From Candidatus Saccharimonadota bacterium (GTDB lineage: Bacteria > Patescibacteriota > Patescibacteriia > 2-12-FULL-60-25), in NCBI GenBank assembly GCA_023898425.1, contig CP060222.1, positions 150,001 through 182,000 on the forward strand: a DNA stretch of 32,000 nucleotides, written 5' to 3'. The notes under the pieces are model-generated. The model saw only the letters and a program-made list of their open reading frames with translations. It searched no databases and was not told the DNA's origin. Below are positions 18,989 through 28,540 of the stretch, one piece after another (position 1 is the first letter of the stretch; every line of letters starts with the position of its first letter). A program made the translations under genes and the position numbers.

Positions 18989-19101
18989 AAAACAAAGTTC
19001 TGACACACAATAGCAGAACTGTTTCAAAAGGGGTACGATTAAGAGCGCGGCATATTCTCTATTAGAATATTTATCTAGATGTCGCGTATTAGTAGATAGT
19101 C

Positions 19102-19674
19102 ATGTCCATGCTTTTAGATACCATGACGGATGAACAGCTCGTTTCTCAAACCTTAGAGCATAAGGAGGCTTTTGGTGTGCTCGTAAGGCGATATAGCGAT
19201 AAACTTACGAGATATATTCAACGTCTTGGTGTTTTTCGACGTGAGGATGCGGAGGATGTTCTACAGAATGTTTTTATCAAAGCCTATCGTAATCTCAATG
19301 GATTTGATTCTTCTTTGAAATTTTCTTCATGGATTTATCGTATTACTCATAACGAAGCTATGAGTTTTTTTCGTTCACGTAAAGCTCGTCCTGAAGGTTC
19401 ACTTATCGGGGATAGCGAAATCGTGCTCGATGTTTTGCCTTCGTTATTAGATATAGAGTCCGAAGCAAGCAAATCTTTAGATAGCGACATCCTTCGTAAA
19501 GCGCTCTATAAGCTGGATGCCAAGTATCGTGATGTTCTCGTGCTGCGTTATTTTGAAGAGCGTGAATATAACGAAATATCGGATATTTTACAGGTACCTG
19601 TGAGTACTGTTGGTACGCTTATTTCTCGAGCAAAGAAAAAACTCAAAGAGTATTTTGCAAAAGACCCACGTTAA
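19102..19674 (+). CDS. ECF-type RNA polymerase sigma factor
   Basis: Region 2 (DVLQNVFIKAYRNL, WIYRITHNEA) and region 4 (VLVLRYFEEREYNEISDILQVPVSTVGTLISRAKKKL). Confidence 0.87.
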   Translation: MSMLLDTMTDEQLVSQTLEHKEAFGVLVRRYSDKLTRYIQRLGVFRREDAEDVLQNVFIKAYRNLNGFDSSLKFSSWIYRITHNEAMSFFRSRKARPEGSLIGDSEIVLDVLPSLLDIESEASKSLDSDILRKALYKLDAKYRDVLVLRYFEEREYNEISDILQVPVSTVGTLISRAKKKLKEYFAKDPR

Positions 19675-19676
19675 TT

Positions 19677-20609
19677 ATGAATACACCTCAACACACAACG
19701 CCAGAGCGAGATCCGATTGCCGACAAGGTTATTGGACTCATCGAACAAGAGCATGTGACTCCACGTCCGCGCTGGCAATTTGTATTGAAAGAACAACTGT
19801 TATGGTTTTTTGCTGTACTTGCCCTTGTATTAGCCGCGGCAGCTTCTGGTGTAGCTGTTTTTGCCTTTGTAAATTCTGGCTTTGAGTTTTATCGTGTAAC
19901 GCACTCAGGGGTTTGGTCATTTCTTTTTGATATTTTGCCGTTGTTTTGGATAGTGATCTTTGGGGTGGCGCTTTTTATCGCTTACGAAAATATTCGTCAT
20001 ACTGGACGAGGGTATCGTTATTCCTTCTTTCTTCTATTGGCGAGCGGCGTATGTATTGCTGCTGTTGGCGGAACATTGGTCTATATAACGGGCTTAGGTT
20101 CGCAAGTGGAGAAGCGTATTGGTTCGCATATCCCACTACATAGGCCTACGATTGAGCAACAAATGCAACTCTGGAATCAGCCAGAACAGGGTTTATTGGC
20201 AGGAGAGATTATTGATTTTAGTAAAGATTTTTCAATTGTAACGATTCGGTCGTTTGATGGTTCGACATGGAAGGTAAATGGTGAAGATTTACGCATACGT
20301 GACTGTCAGGCATTGCTTGCGTCAAAAGAAATCCGCTTTGTTGGACTACCAATCAAAAACCAACAAGAGCTCAATGAACGTGTGTTTCATGCGTGTTTTG
20401 CGATTCCTTGGGAGCTAAAGGGTTTATCCGTAAAAGAATTTACGAAAAGTTTTTCTATGAGAAAGATTGAACCTATAAATCCGTTTCCTGAGTTGTCAGA
20501 AGAACTTCGTGAAAGAAAATTTTCGTCAGAGCGTAGTAGTGATTGTAAGGGCGTACGACCTTATCAATTCCTCAAGACGCTTCGGAATGAAGAAGCGCTA
20601 ACCCTCTAA
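19677..20609 (+). CDS. Multi-TM membrane protein, candidate anti-sigma factor or sensor
   Basis: Starts 2 nt after the sigma gene stop. Cytoplasmic N-terminus, four or more TM segments, C-terminal soluble domain. Confidence 0.5.
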   Translation: MNTPQHTTPERDPIADKVIGLIEQEHVTPRPRWQFVLKEQLLWFFAVLALVLAAAASGVAVFAFVNSGFEFYRVTHSGVWSFLFDILPLFWIVIFGVALFIAYENIRHTGRGYRYSFFLLLASGVCIAAVGGTLVYITGLGSQVEKRIGSHIPLHRPTIEQQMQLWNQPEQGLLAGEIIDFSKDFSIVTIRSFDGSTWKVNGEDLRIRDCQALLASKEIRFVGLPIKNQQELNERVFHACFAIPWELKGLSVKEFTKSFSMRKIEPINPFPELSEELRERKFSSERSSDCKGVRPYQFLKTLRNEEALTL

Positions 20610-20613
20610 CATT

Positions 20614-21192
20614 ATGAATAAACGTAAAACAACCTACTCATTAGCACTTATTATCCCGCTGTTTGCCCTCATGGTCATCGTAGCTCCGCTTTCGAGCGTA
20701 TCAGCACATGGTTTCGGTGGTGAAAAGACACCTCTTACACAAGAACAAAAAGATGTTTTAGCAAAAGCGAAAACACTCATCGATGAAGGTAAGAAGGATG
20801 AAGCGCAGCAGCTTATCAAAGATGCTGGCTTACCCACAGGACGAGCAGCTATGCATCGTTATAAAAAGGGTGTGAAAGAGCCAACCGAAGAGATGAAACA
20901 ACAACATGAAGCCGTAACGGCAGCTATTGTTGCCAATGACTTCGCTTCCTTTAAAGAACTAACCGCTGACAAGCCATTTGCAGGTGATATTGATGCAGAC
21001 GCTTTTGCAAAGCTTGTAGAAGCTGAGAAGCTTCGTGCCGCAGGTGATGAAGCGGGTGCAAAAGAATTGCTTAAAGATATTGTGAAGCATGATATCGGTA
21101 AGCTAATGAAAGAACACAAGCAGTTCAAACAAAAAGTACGAAATGGTTTTCAAAAGCCATGGAGTGCAAATAAAAATGAAACAGCCAAATAA
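20614..21192 (+). CDS. Secreted helical protein with one LTQEQ (LTxxQ-like) motif
   Basis: Signal peptide ending SSVSA-HG. Lys/Glu/Ala-rich. Starts 4 nt after the preceding gene. Confidence 0.55.
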   Translation: MNKRKTTYSLALIIPLFALMVIVAPLSSVSAHGFGGEKTPLTQEQKDVLAKAKTLIDEGKKDEAQQLIKDAGLPTGRAAMHRYKKGVKEPTEEMKQQHEAVTAAIVANDFASFKELTADKPFAGDIDADAFAKLVEAEKLRAAGDEAGAKELLKDIVKHDIGKLMKEHKQFKQKVRNGFQKPWSANKNETAK

Positions 21193-21242
21193 GAACGTTG
21201 TTATAGGGGAATAGCGTTCGATAAGGTCAAACAAGCATGCAA

Positions 21243-21270
21243 TAAAACCGCCATTTGGCGGTTTTATTGT
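21243..21270 (+). terminator. Rho-independent terminator
   Basis: aaaaccgcc-attt-ggcggtttt followed by attgttg. Confidence 0.7.
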
Positions 21271-21303
21271 TGTGAAAGACCCACGGTGCTACTCTGTATA
21301 TAT

Positions 21304-22047
21304 ATGCGAAAAACCCTAGCTATTGTATCAATGCTGTCGTTGTTTTCAACGACGATGCCAAGTACCGCCTTTGCTGGAGGATGTTTTGAAGATCCTATTT
21401 ATGATCGTCAATGGACGGCGACGGTTACAACCGGTGCTCGCGTAAGAGATGTTGCTTGTATGGAAGGTTCAACGGTACTCACAACAATTGCCGTGGGCAG
21501 CAAGGTTGCGTTAATAGGAGAGACAGATGGTTGGTACAAGATAAAAACAGTTGATGGAAAGGTTGGTTGGGTTGGTCAGCAATTGGTAAGCGTATCTCAG
21601 ACGCCATTTACAGCGCCTCCCGTTACAATAAAGCCAAAGCCTGAGCTGGTTATCTCTTCGCCTGCCGCAACAAGATTACGTGGGTATATTTTATTGCGTG
21701 TCGAAAAATACGGTGAAGCTTGGTACGTCTCGCCAGAAAATGGCGCTCGTTACTATATGAAAGACGGCGCTACCGCTTACCAAATGATGCGATCTTTTGG
21801 CTTAGGGATTACAGAAAGTGATTATGCAAAGCTTGTTGTAGGTAACGGCCCGTTTATTGATCGCTTGAAAGGCAAAATCGTCTTACGTGTGCAAGAACAC
21901 GGTGAAGCTTATTATATTCACCCAAATGGAACGGTGCATTACCTTAAGGACGGAGCCGTTGCCTACGAGCTCATGCGTAAGTTAAGCCTTGGCATCAAGG
22001 ATGCGGATTTGTTAAAAATCAGCGAAGGCATTTTAAAGATCAAATAA
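21304..22047 (+). CDS. Secreted protein: SH3b-like domain plus two GEAWY...GLGI repeats
   Basis: Signal peptide MRKTLAIVSMLSLFSTTMPSTAFA. SH3b-like GARVRD...DGWYKIKTVDGKVGWV. Repeats at 21676-21834 and 21865-22023. Confidence 0.7.
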   Translation: MRKTLAIVSMLSLFSTTMPSTAFAGGCFEDPIYDRQWTATVTTGARVRDVACMEGSTVLTTIAVGSKVALIGETDGWYKIKTVDGKVGWVGQQLVSVSQTPFTAPPVTIKPKPELVISSPAATRLRGYILLRVEKYGEAWYVSPENGARYYMKDGATAYQMMRSFGLGITESDYAKLVVGNGPFIDRLKGKIVLRVQEHGEAYYIHPNGTVHYLKDGAVAYELMRKLSLGIKDADLLKISEGILKIK

Positions 22048-22073
22048 AAAAATAGCCCTAGGGCTATTTTTAT
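22046..22073. terminator. Bidirectional terminator between convergent genes
   Basis: aaaaaaatagccctagggctattttta: perfect palindrome flanked by an A-run and a T-run. Confidence 0.7.
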
Positions 22074-24157
22074 GGAGCGATTAAACGGATTTTTATCATA
22101 CCTTTTTCTTCTTGCGATTGTAGCGCGAGATAAGAATAGGCAAGCTCTGTATCTATGGGTGTTCCCGCAACGGCAAGATATCCATGAGACCAGGGTGATT
22201 CTGATAACTCAAGGTATTGAGTGGCTTTTTGTTTTATGCGCTCGATAGCATCTTGCAATCTAATGCTTGGTGAAGCGATAAATGATACGTATAAAGCTTC
22301 AGAACGTACATCAATATGAGTAATTTCTGTGTCAGGAAACTCGTGATGTAATTGGAGTAAACTCTTATTAACCTGTGTTAGTAATTCAGCAGAAAACGTT
22401 GGGAGAGCTATGTTCGTACCTATCACTGCGTGATATTTAAGGTCAAAGAGAGCATTTGCTGTTTTGCGTAATTCCCAAGATGTCGGTTCGGATTCTGTTA
22501 ATATTGGTACATGAACTGATGACTGGATAACTTCAGATGGTGGTTGAACTAAATTCGGTATAGTAGCTGGAGCAACAGACTTACGACCACGTATTTCGAT
22601 ACGAGGTAAGAGCGTAGCCGCTAATACGCCTATGCTTACAATGATAGTCGCTGTAGCAAAGACTTCACCCACGGATGAAGCAAAGGCTGTCGCAATCAAA
22701 TGATTAAAGTTATCTAAATGCGTGGCAAGTGCTGCAGATGATTGACCAGGCATTTGGCTTATTAAGTTCGATAGACGTTCTTTGCCATCTTTGGTTAAAA
22801 ATTGTGTCAGAGCATTGATATCAACGCCGGTAGGAGAGATTCTCTCAAGTGCTACGTAGACAGAGTTATGTTCAATGCCTGATAAATTTTTTGCCATCCG
22901 ATCATTTAATACAGAGCCAAGAATCGCTGTGCCTACGGTACCGCCAATCGAACGAAACATTTGTACGCCCGCCGTTACCGTACCAAGCTTAGAATGATCA
23001 AATGCGCTTTGGGTGACAATAGTAAAAATCGGCATACCGATACCAAGACCAAAGCCTGATACAATCATATTGATCACGAGGACGGTTTGATTCGTATCTA
23101 CATTCATACGAGAGAGTAGATACATCCCGCTAGCGGTAATAGCCATACCGAGTACAGCTAAGAGTTTATAGCGTCCAGTTCTTGAAACGATTTGCCCTGT
23201 CACGGCACTAGCAACAATGAGACCAAGCATTAATGGCGTGAGAATGAGCCCTGAATACGTGGCGGTTACACCAATCACTCCTTGCGCAAAGAGTGGAATA
23301 TACATGATTGCACCAAACATACCCATTGATGAGAGAAACACACTCATCGCAGACGCGGTAAAGACTCTATTTTTGAAGAGCTCTAACGGCAGGATAGGCT
23401 CTTTGGCATAATATTCAATCAAGACAAAGCATGTTGCTAAAAAAGCAGAAGCGCTGAACAAGCCAAGGATCTCAGGCGATTTCCACGCGTATTGACTTCC
23501 GCCCCAAACAAGACCAAGTAAAAGCGTGCCAAGCGTACCGGCTAGCGTTAATGCACCAGCATAATCAATTGAAACCGATTTAATGTCTGGTTTAATTTTA
23601 GGCAACAAGATAGCAAGAGCTATAAGAGCCAAGATACCGATCGGGATATTGACATAAAAGGTCCAACGCCAGCTTGCATTATCTGTGAGCCAGCCTCCAA
23701 GTAATGGGCCAATAATACTTGCAAGTCCAAAGACGCCACCAATCATGCCCTGATACTTTCCACGCTCACCAGGAGGAAATATATCACCGATAATCGCGAA
23801 AGAATTGACCATAATGGCACCACCGCCGATACCTTGAATGGCTCGAAATAGGATTAGCTGTGTCATGTTTTGTGACATGCCAGAGAGAGCGGAGCCCACT
23901 AAAAAAATCAGAATACCTAATAAATAAAAGCCACGACGTCCAAAAAGATCTGATAGCTTACCAAAAATAGGCACAGTAATAGTTGATGCAAGCATGTAAG
24001 CAGTAAAGACCCAGCTTAAATGTTCAAAGCCATTTAATTCTGAAACAACCTTTGGCATGGCTGTCGAAAGTATTGTTTGGTCTAAAGCCGAAAGCAGCAT
24101 GGCAAGCATCACGCCACCCATGATAAAAATGTTGCGTTTTGATTCGTTGATAATCAT
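22070..24157 (-). CDS. MFS transporter (DHA2-like, 14 TMS) with a C-terminal extension of about 137 aa resembling a degenerate IS200-type Y1 transposase domain
   Basis: N-terminal 520 aa has MFS motifs (GKLSDLFGRRG) and about 14 TM segments. The C-terminus carries LKYHAV, EALYVSFIASPSIRLQDAIERIKQKAT and PWSHGYLAVAGTP...YSYLALQ. Confidence 0.85.
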   Translation of the reverse strand: MIINESKRNIFIMGGVMLAMLLSALDQTILSTAMPKVVSELNGFEHLSWVFTAYMLASTITVPIFGKLSDLFGRRGFYLLGILIFLVGSALSGMSQNMTQLILFRAIQGIGGGAIMVNSFAIIGDIFPPGERGKYQGMIGGVFGLASIIGPLLGGWLTDNASWRWTFYVNIPIGILALIALAILLPKIKPDIKSVSIDYAGALTLAGTLGTLLLGLVWGGSQYAWKSPEILGLFSASAFLATCFVLIEYYAKEPILPLELFKNRVFTASAMSVFLSSMGMFGAIMYIPLFAQGVIGVTATYSGLILTPLMLGLIVASAVTGQIVSRTGRYKLLAVLGMAITASGMYLLSRMNVDTNQTVLVINMIVSGFGLGIGMPIFTIVTQSAFDHSKLGTVTAGVQMFRSIGGTVGTAILGSVLNDRMAKNLSGIEHNSVYVALERISPTGVDINALTQFLTKDGKERLSNLISQMPGQSSAALATHLDNFNHLIATAFASSVGEVFATATIIVSIGVLAATLLPRIEIRGRKSVAPATIPNLVQPPSEVIQSSVHVPILTESEPTSWELRKTANALFDLKYHAVIGTNIALPTFSAELLTQVNKSLLQLHHEFPDTEITHIDVRSEALYVSFIASPSIRLQDAIERIKQKATQYLELSESPWSHGYLAVAGTPIDTELAYSYLALQSQEEKGMIKIRLIAP

Positions 24158-24167
24158 ATTATAGGTA

Positions 24168-24196
24168 TTGACGGCGCGACCGTACCAAGTTACACT
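24168..24196 (+). promoter_or_regulatory. Candidate marR promoter
   Basis: TTGACG, 17-nt spacer, TACACT. Confidence 0.45.
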
Positions 24197-24198
24197 TT

Positions 24199-24225
24199 GT
24201 TAGTCAAATAGTTTGCATTACTAAC
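24199..24225. promoter_or_regulatory. Inverted repeat GTTAGT-N15-ACTAAC, candidate MarR operator
   Basis: It lies between the -10 element and the marR start codon, inside the divergent MFS/marR intergenic region. Confidence 0.35.
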
Positions 24226-24230
24226 TAAAT

Positions 24231-24668
24231 ATGCCTATAAGTCCAAAACGCGAGATTACCAAGTTAGCGGACTTGATTTTGGTAACAGGACGCGCCATCA
24301 AAGAGTCTCCTACGGGTGACGAGCAAGACCCGCTGGCTATGGGGCATTTTAAAGTATTACGCTATATATCTGAGCAAACACTACCAACGATGCGAGATGT
24401 AGCTGAAGCTTTACGTATCACGCCACCAACAGCAACGGTAATGGTAGATAGTTTGATTACTAAAAAGTATGTGCGTCGTAGCATAGATAAAAAAGATCGC
24501 CGTCGTATACTTTTGCGAATGACTTCTGCGGGTCAGGCTATTCTCGTTGAGCAAGAAGCCTGTTTTAAAAAACGCGTAACAACCATTTTATCTTGTTTAA
24601 ATACAGATGAACGCAAGCAATTTGAAAGCATTCTTATTAAGATCACTTCAAGCGTGGTTAAAAAGTAA
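24231..24668 (+). CDS. MarR-family transcriptional regulator
   Basis: Winged-HTH pattern TMRDVAEALRITPPTATVMVDSLITKKYVRRSIDKKDRRRILLRMTSAGQ. Divergent from the MFS pump. Confidence 0.85.
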   Translation: MPISPKREITKLADLILVTGRAIKESPTGDEQDPLAMGHFKVLRYISEQTLPTMRDVAEALRITPPTATVMVDSLITKKYVRRSIDKKDRRRILLRMTSAGQAILVEQEACFKKRVTTILSCLNTDERKQFESILIKITSSVVKK

Positions 24669-24717
24669 CGTAAGCGTACACAAAGTCAAAATCTAGATTG
24701 GAAGCTATGCTGACGCC

Positions 24718-25494
24718 TTATTGGCGGTTTTGTTTTGCGTGCTTAAGGTTTGCGATCAAGATAACGCTGATAATGACTAATAGAAACCAAGAACTAATCT
24801 TGTGTAGAGAGACTATGCTCCAGGCAATATGTTGGTCAGGATATTTCCAGGCGCCTAGATAAGTAGAGATATTTTCTGCAATCCAGATAAAAAAGGCGAT
24901 GAGTAAAAACGAAAGCGAGAGCGGCATACGTCTTTTTTTATCCGTGACGATAAATGCTACCCAGGTTTTTCTATAGATATAAAAGACTCCGAAGATGAGA
25001 ATCCAGCGAATGTCTTGTACAAAATGATTCGTAAAAAAGTTGAGATAAATAAGCGCACTTAAAACAGCAGAAGCAAAATAAGGGACGGGTCCTGTGAGGT
25101 TTAGCTTCATGATTCGCCATGATTGGCTGATATAGCTTCCGATAGCGGCATACATAAAGCCGCTAAAAAGTGGGACGGTGCTGATTCTAAAGATGCCTGG
25201 TTCAGGATAAGACCATGAGCCTACCCATGGTTGGGTTTTATAAAGTTCGAGACACAGCCCTAAAATATGAAATAGGGTGATGGTTTTTATTTCGTCTTTT
25301 GTTTCAATTTTTGTGTAATAAAGTACTACTTGAAGGGCTAACGAAGCAAGAAATAAAAAGTCATATCGATACAGAGGGCCCAAAGGTAAGTAATTTGAAA
25401 GGAAAAGGAGGATGAAAAACGAGCCAGCAAAAATAGAAGCGCGGGTTTGTTTGAGTCCGAAGATCCAGAATTCAGTTAAAAGCCCTTTTTGCAT
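24718..25494 (-). CDS. DUF817-like integral membrane protein
   Basis: RYDFLFL, LFHILGLCLELYKT, GSWSYPE and VPLFSGFMYAAIGSYI resemble the DUF817 family as I recall it. Confidence 0.6.
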   Translation of the reverse strand: MQKGLLTEFWIFGLKQTRASIFAGSFFILLFLSNYLPLGPLYRYDFLFLASLALQVVLYYTKIETKDEIKTITLFHILGLCLELYKTQPWVGSWSYPEPGIFRISTVPLFSGFMYAAIGSYISQSWRIMKLNLTGPVPYFASAVLSALIYLNFFTNHFVQDIRWILIFGVFYIYRKTWVAFIVTDKKRRMPLSLSFLLIAFFIWIAENISTYLGAWKYPDQHIAWSIVSLHKISSWFLLVIISVILIANLKHAKQNRQ

Positions 25495-25592
25495 AGAAAG
25501 ATATTATCATAACGTCTGATGGAGGTAGGAGTGACAGATACTTGACCATTATCAGATTTTTGCGGGTGTTTGTGGTAAAGTGTGTGTATTCT

Positions 25593-27243
25593 ATGGCGAA
25601 AAAACACAGCACAACAGCGTTAACCGCTGAACAAAAGCAAGCGCAAGACGCTCGTTATGCAGAGGGTCACGATTATGATTACGTTATTATCGGTAGTGGT
25701 AATTCGTCATTGGTAGCGAGTTCACTATTGGTAAACAAAGGGTACAAGGTCTGTATTCTTGAGGCTCATGATATCCCGGGTGGTTATGTTCAGTCATTTT
25801 AAGATGGGTGAATATTATTTCTGTGGTCAGGTCCACTATATTTGGGGCTGTGGGCCAGGTGGTAAAATCTACGAATTTCTGAAACATGTTGGCTTAGAAA
25901 AAGACATTACGTTTGAATTATTAGATCCAAAAGGATATGACGTGATGTCGATGCCGGACGGCAAGCGTGTTGGTATCCCTTATGACTTTGAGAATTTGGT
26001 AAAAAATATTGAGGAGGCCTATCCTGGACAAGGTGCGGCTGTAAAGAAGTTTTCAGATATTATGATGAAGGTAAGAAAAGAATTTTCTTACTTGCCCGCG
26101 CGCGCTTGGACGATCAAAGACTATGCAACCATTTGGTACAAGGTTTTGAGCTTGATTAAATATCAAAATGCGACCGTACAGCAGGTGTTTGATGAATGTG
26201 GCGTTGCTCGTGAATCACAAGATGTATTAATGGCTGGCGCAGGTGATTTTATGGAATGCGCAGACAAACTCTCGTTCTTTGCTTTCGCTGGTCTTTTTGG
26301 CGGATACAATACTGGCGCTTACTATCCAACGAAGCATTTTAAATACTACGTTGATCGTTTAGTGCAATTTATTACCGATAAGCCTGGTTGCCATATTTAT
26401 TATGAAACTGAGGTAACAAAGATCGTTACAAAAGACGGTAAGGTTCAGCATATTGAAACAAAAGACGGTAAGGTCTTTAAGGGTAAAAACTATATCTGTA
26501 ATGCTGATCCAGCCTTGGCGGCGAAGCTCATTGTTGGTGAAGACTTTCCTGCTGAATATAAAAAGAAGCTCGATTATGAGTATTCTCCATCCGGTCTCAT
26601 TATCTATCTTGGGTTAAAGGATATTGATTTACGAAAGTATGACTTTGGTAGTTTTAATATCTGGCATCAAGAACAATGGGACATGAATAAGACGTGGAAG
26701 GAATTACTTGGTGGTAACTTTACGAATCCTTGGGTCTTTTTGTCGACACCAACCTTGCATAGCGATGCTCCTGGTACGACCCCAGAAGGCGGTTCTATTC
26801 TTGAGATAGAAACTCTTGTTGATTATCAAGAGATGAAAGACTTGATGAATAAGTCTTATACAGATTATCTTAAGCGTAAAAATGAAATCGCAGACAAGCT
26901 TTTGGACATCGTTGAAAAAAAGTTTATCCCGGATCTCAAAAAACATATCGCTGTTAAAGTTGTTGGGACCACTACAACAAACGAAGACTTTGTCATGGCA
27001 CCACGTGGTAATGCATACGGAGCAGCGCTTTATCCAAAATATCTAAAAAAGCGCCTCTTTGGGACGACGCCATTTAGCAATTTCTTTTGGTGTAATGCTA
27101 CGAGTGGTTGGGGCGGTATCTATGGCACAACAAATACAGGTATGAAGTTGTACACACAGCTCACTGGTGATGACTTCTACGTAGATGTAAGTGACGAGCA
27201 ACTTATTGCTGAGTTACCGAAGTATTATCCAGATCAATTTTAA
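25593..27243 (+). CDS. FAD-dependent oxidoreductase of the CrtI/RetSat (phytoene desaturase-like) family, interrupted by one frameshift in a T-run
   Basis: DYVIIGSGNSSL...ILEAHDIPGG dinucleotide-binding fold in ORF 25542..25802. It continues as KMGEYYFCGQVHYIWG in ORF 25759..27243. The junction is at tttt 25797-25800. Confidence 0.75.
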
Positions 27244-28492
27244 TACGATCAGCTAATCGTTGACCGTAGCGAAGCGCGCCCTCTGTCCAGAGGGCGTTCA
27301 TGTAATCCCCGCAAAGATAAAGGCAGTTCTTACCTTGATGATGCTCTAAGTAGTTTTTGACGAGCTTTTGATGACCTAAGCTAAATTTTGGCATCGCATA
27401 GTCCCAGCGTTGAAGATCAAGTAATGAAAGCTGATCTATTGATGACAGCCAATCTGTAACACGAGCAAGCTCAGTTCGAACAATGTTTGATATTTCTACA
27501 TCTGTTTTTTTCATGAGGGATTTTGCTGCGTCTTCATGAAGCCAGATCGAAACGAGTGATTGATCACCGATAATGCAGTCTTCGCCCTTCATTGCTTGGT
27601 TGGAGATACTTGCGATAATGGTGCTTTCTACATACGGCACCCAGGTCACACCTCTTTTTGGCGCAAGATCTTTTGGGAGTTTAAAGGTGAGACTGATCGT
27701 TGCTGCGAACTTGCTGTTTTCTAGGAGGTGGGTTGTTTCTGGTGTTGGTTCTTTGATAAGCGTAAGCGCAATCGGTGCTGGAGCCGTCATAATGACGGCA
27801 TCAAATGATTCGGTAGAGCCGTCTTTTAAGGTAATAGATTTACCTGTGACGGATGCAACTTCAGTGGATGTTTTTACGTTGAGTTTACTTGCAAGAGCAT
27901 TTGGTAAGGCAATCATACCGCCTTTTGTACGATGAAGATTCCATAGAGGGCCATCGCGCTTGATAGAGCTCATGATAGCTAAAAAAGGAGCGATGCTTAT
28001 TTCGTCAGCACGATGAAATTGATATGCGCTGGTAAAGCCATCAACATAATACTGCGTCGCCTCTTTGCCGAGCATTCTATCAGCATAGTGTTTGGCATTT
28101 TCCGTATCATGATCAGCGATAAGATTGAAGTTAAAAAGCTCATCAATCTTTTTCATGGTGAGCGCATGCCAAGTCATTCGTAGTTTACTAAAAAAACCAA
28201 CGCCTTGTGCAAGGCGAGTTGTTTGATGATTTTTTATAATCCCGTACTTATCAAATGCCATTGGTTGCCACTCAATACCGAACTCTTTGCAATAATCCTT
28301 CATATGAAGATAGAGGTTGCAAAGATGATCAGCGCCGATATCAAAATGGAAACCCTCGATCACACGTGTGGACATGCGTCCTCCTACGAGTGCTTCTTTT
28401 TCGTAAACCGTCACATCAAAGCCTGCTTTTTTGAGTTCATATCCGGCGGTAAGACCTGAAATACCCGCGCCAATAATCGCAATACGTTTCAT
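27203..28492 (-). CDS. FAD-dependent amine-oxidase / protoporphyrinogen-oxidase-like flavoprotein
   Basis: MKRIAIIGAGISGLTAGYELKKAGFDVTVYEKEALVGGR and a C-terminal LYLCGDY...EGALRYG motif. The start at 28492 is preferred over the track's 28561. Confidence 0.75.
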   Translation of the reverse strand: MKRIAIIGAGISGLTAGYELKKAGFDVTVYEKEALVGGRMSTRVIEGFHFDIGADHLCNLYLHMKDYCKEFGIEWQPMAFDKYGIIKNHQTTRLAQGVGFFSKLRMTWHALTMKKIDELFNFNLIADHDTENAKHYADRMLGKEATQYYVDGFTSAYQFHRADEISIAPFLAIMSSIKRDGPLWNLHRTKGGMIALPNALASKLNVKTSTEVASVTGKSITLKDGSTESFDAVIMTAPAPIALTLIKEPTPETTHLLENSKFAATISLTFKLPKDLAPKRGVTWVPYVESTIIASISNQAMKGEDCIIGDQSLVSIWLHEDAAKSLMKKTDVEISNIVRTELARVTDWLSSIDQLSLLDLQRWDYAMPKFSLGHQKLVKNYLEHHQGKNCLYLCGDYMNALWTEGALRYGQRLADRIKIDLDNTSVTQQ

Positions 28493-28540
28493 ATGGTCAC
28501 ACTGTAGCAAATAGAAGCTTTTCTGGCAGTATCGAAAGCC

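Noticed and set aside
22070-22483. An active IS200/IS605 insertion at the 3' end of the MFS gene.
   Set aside because: The domain is in frame with the transporter and the HUH histidines are lost. There is no separate start codon, no tnpB, and no subterminal hairpins. The only nearby palindrome is the shared terminator.
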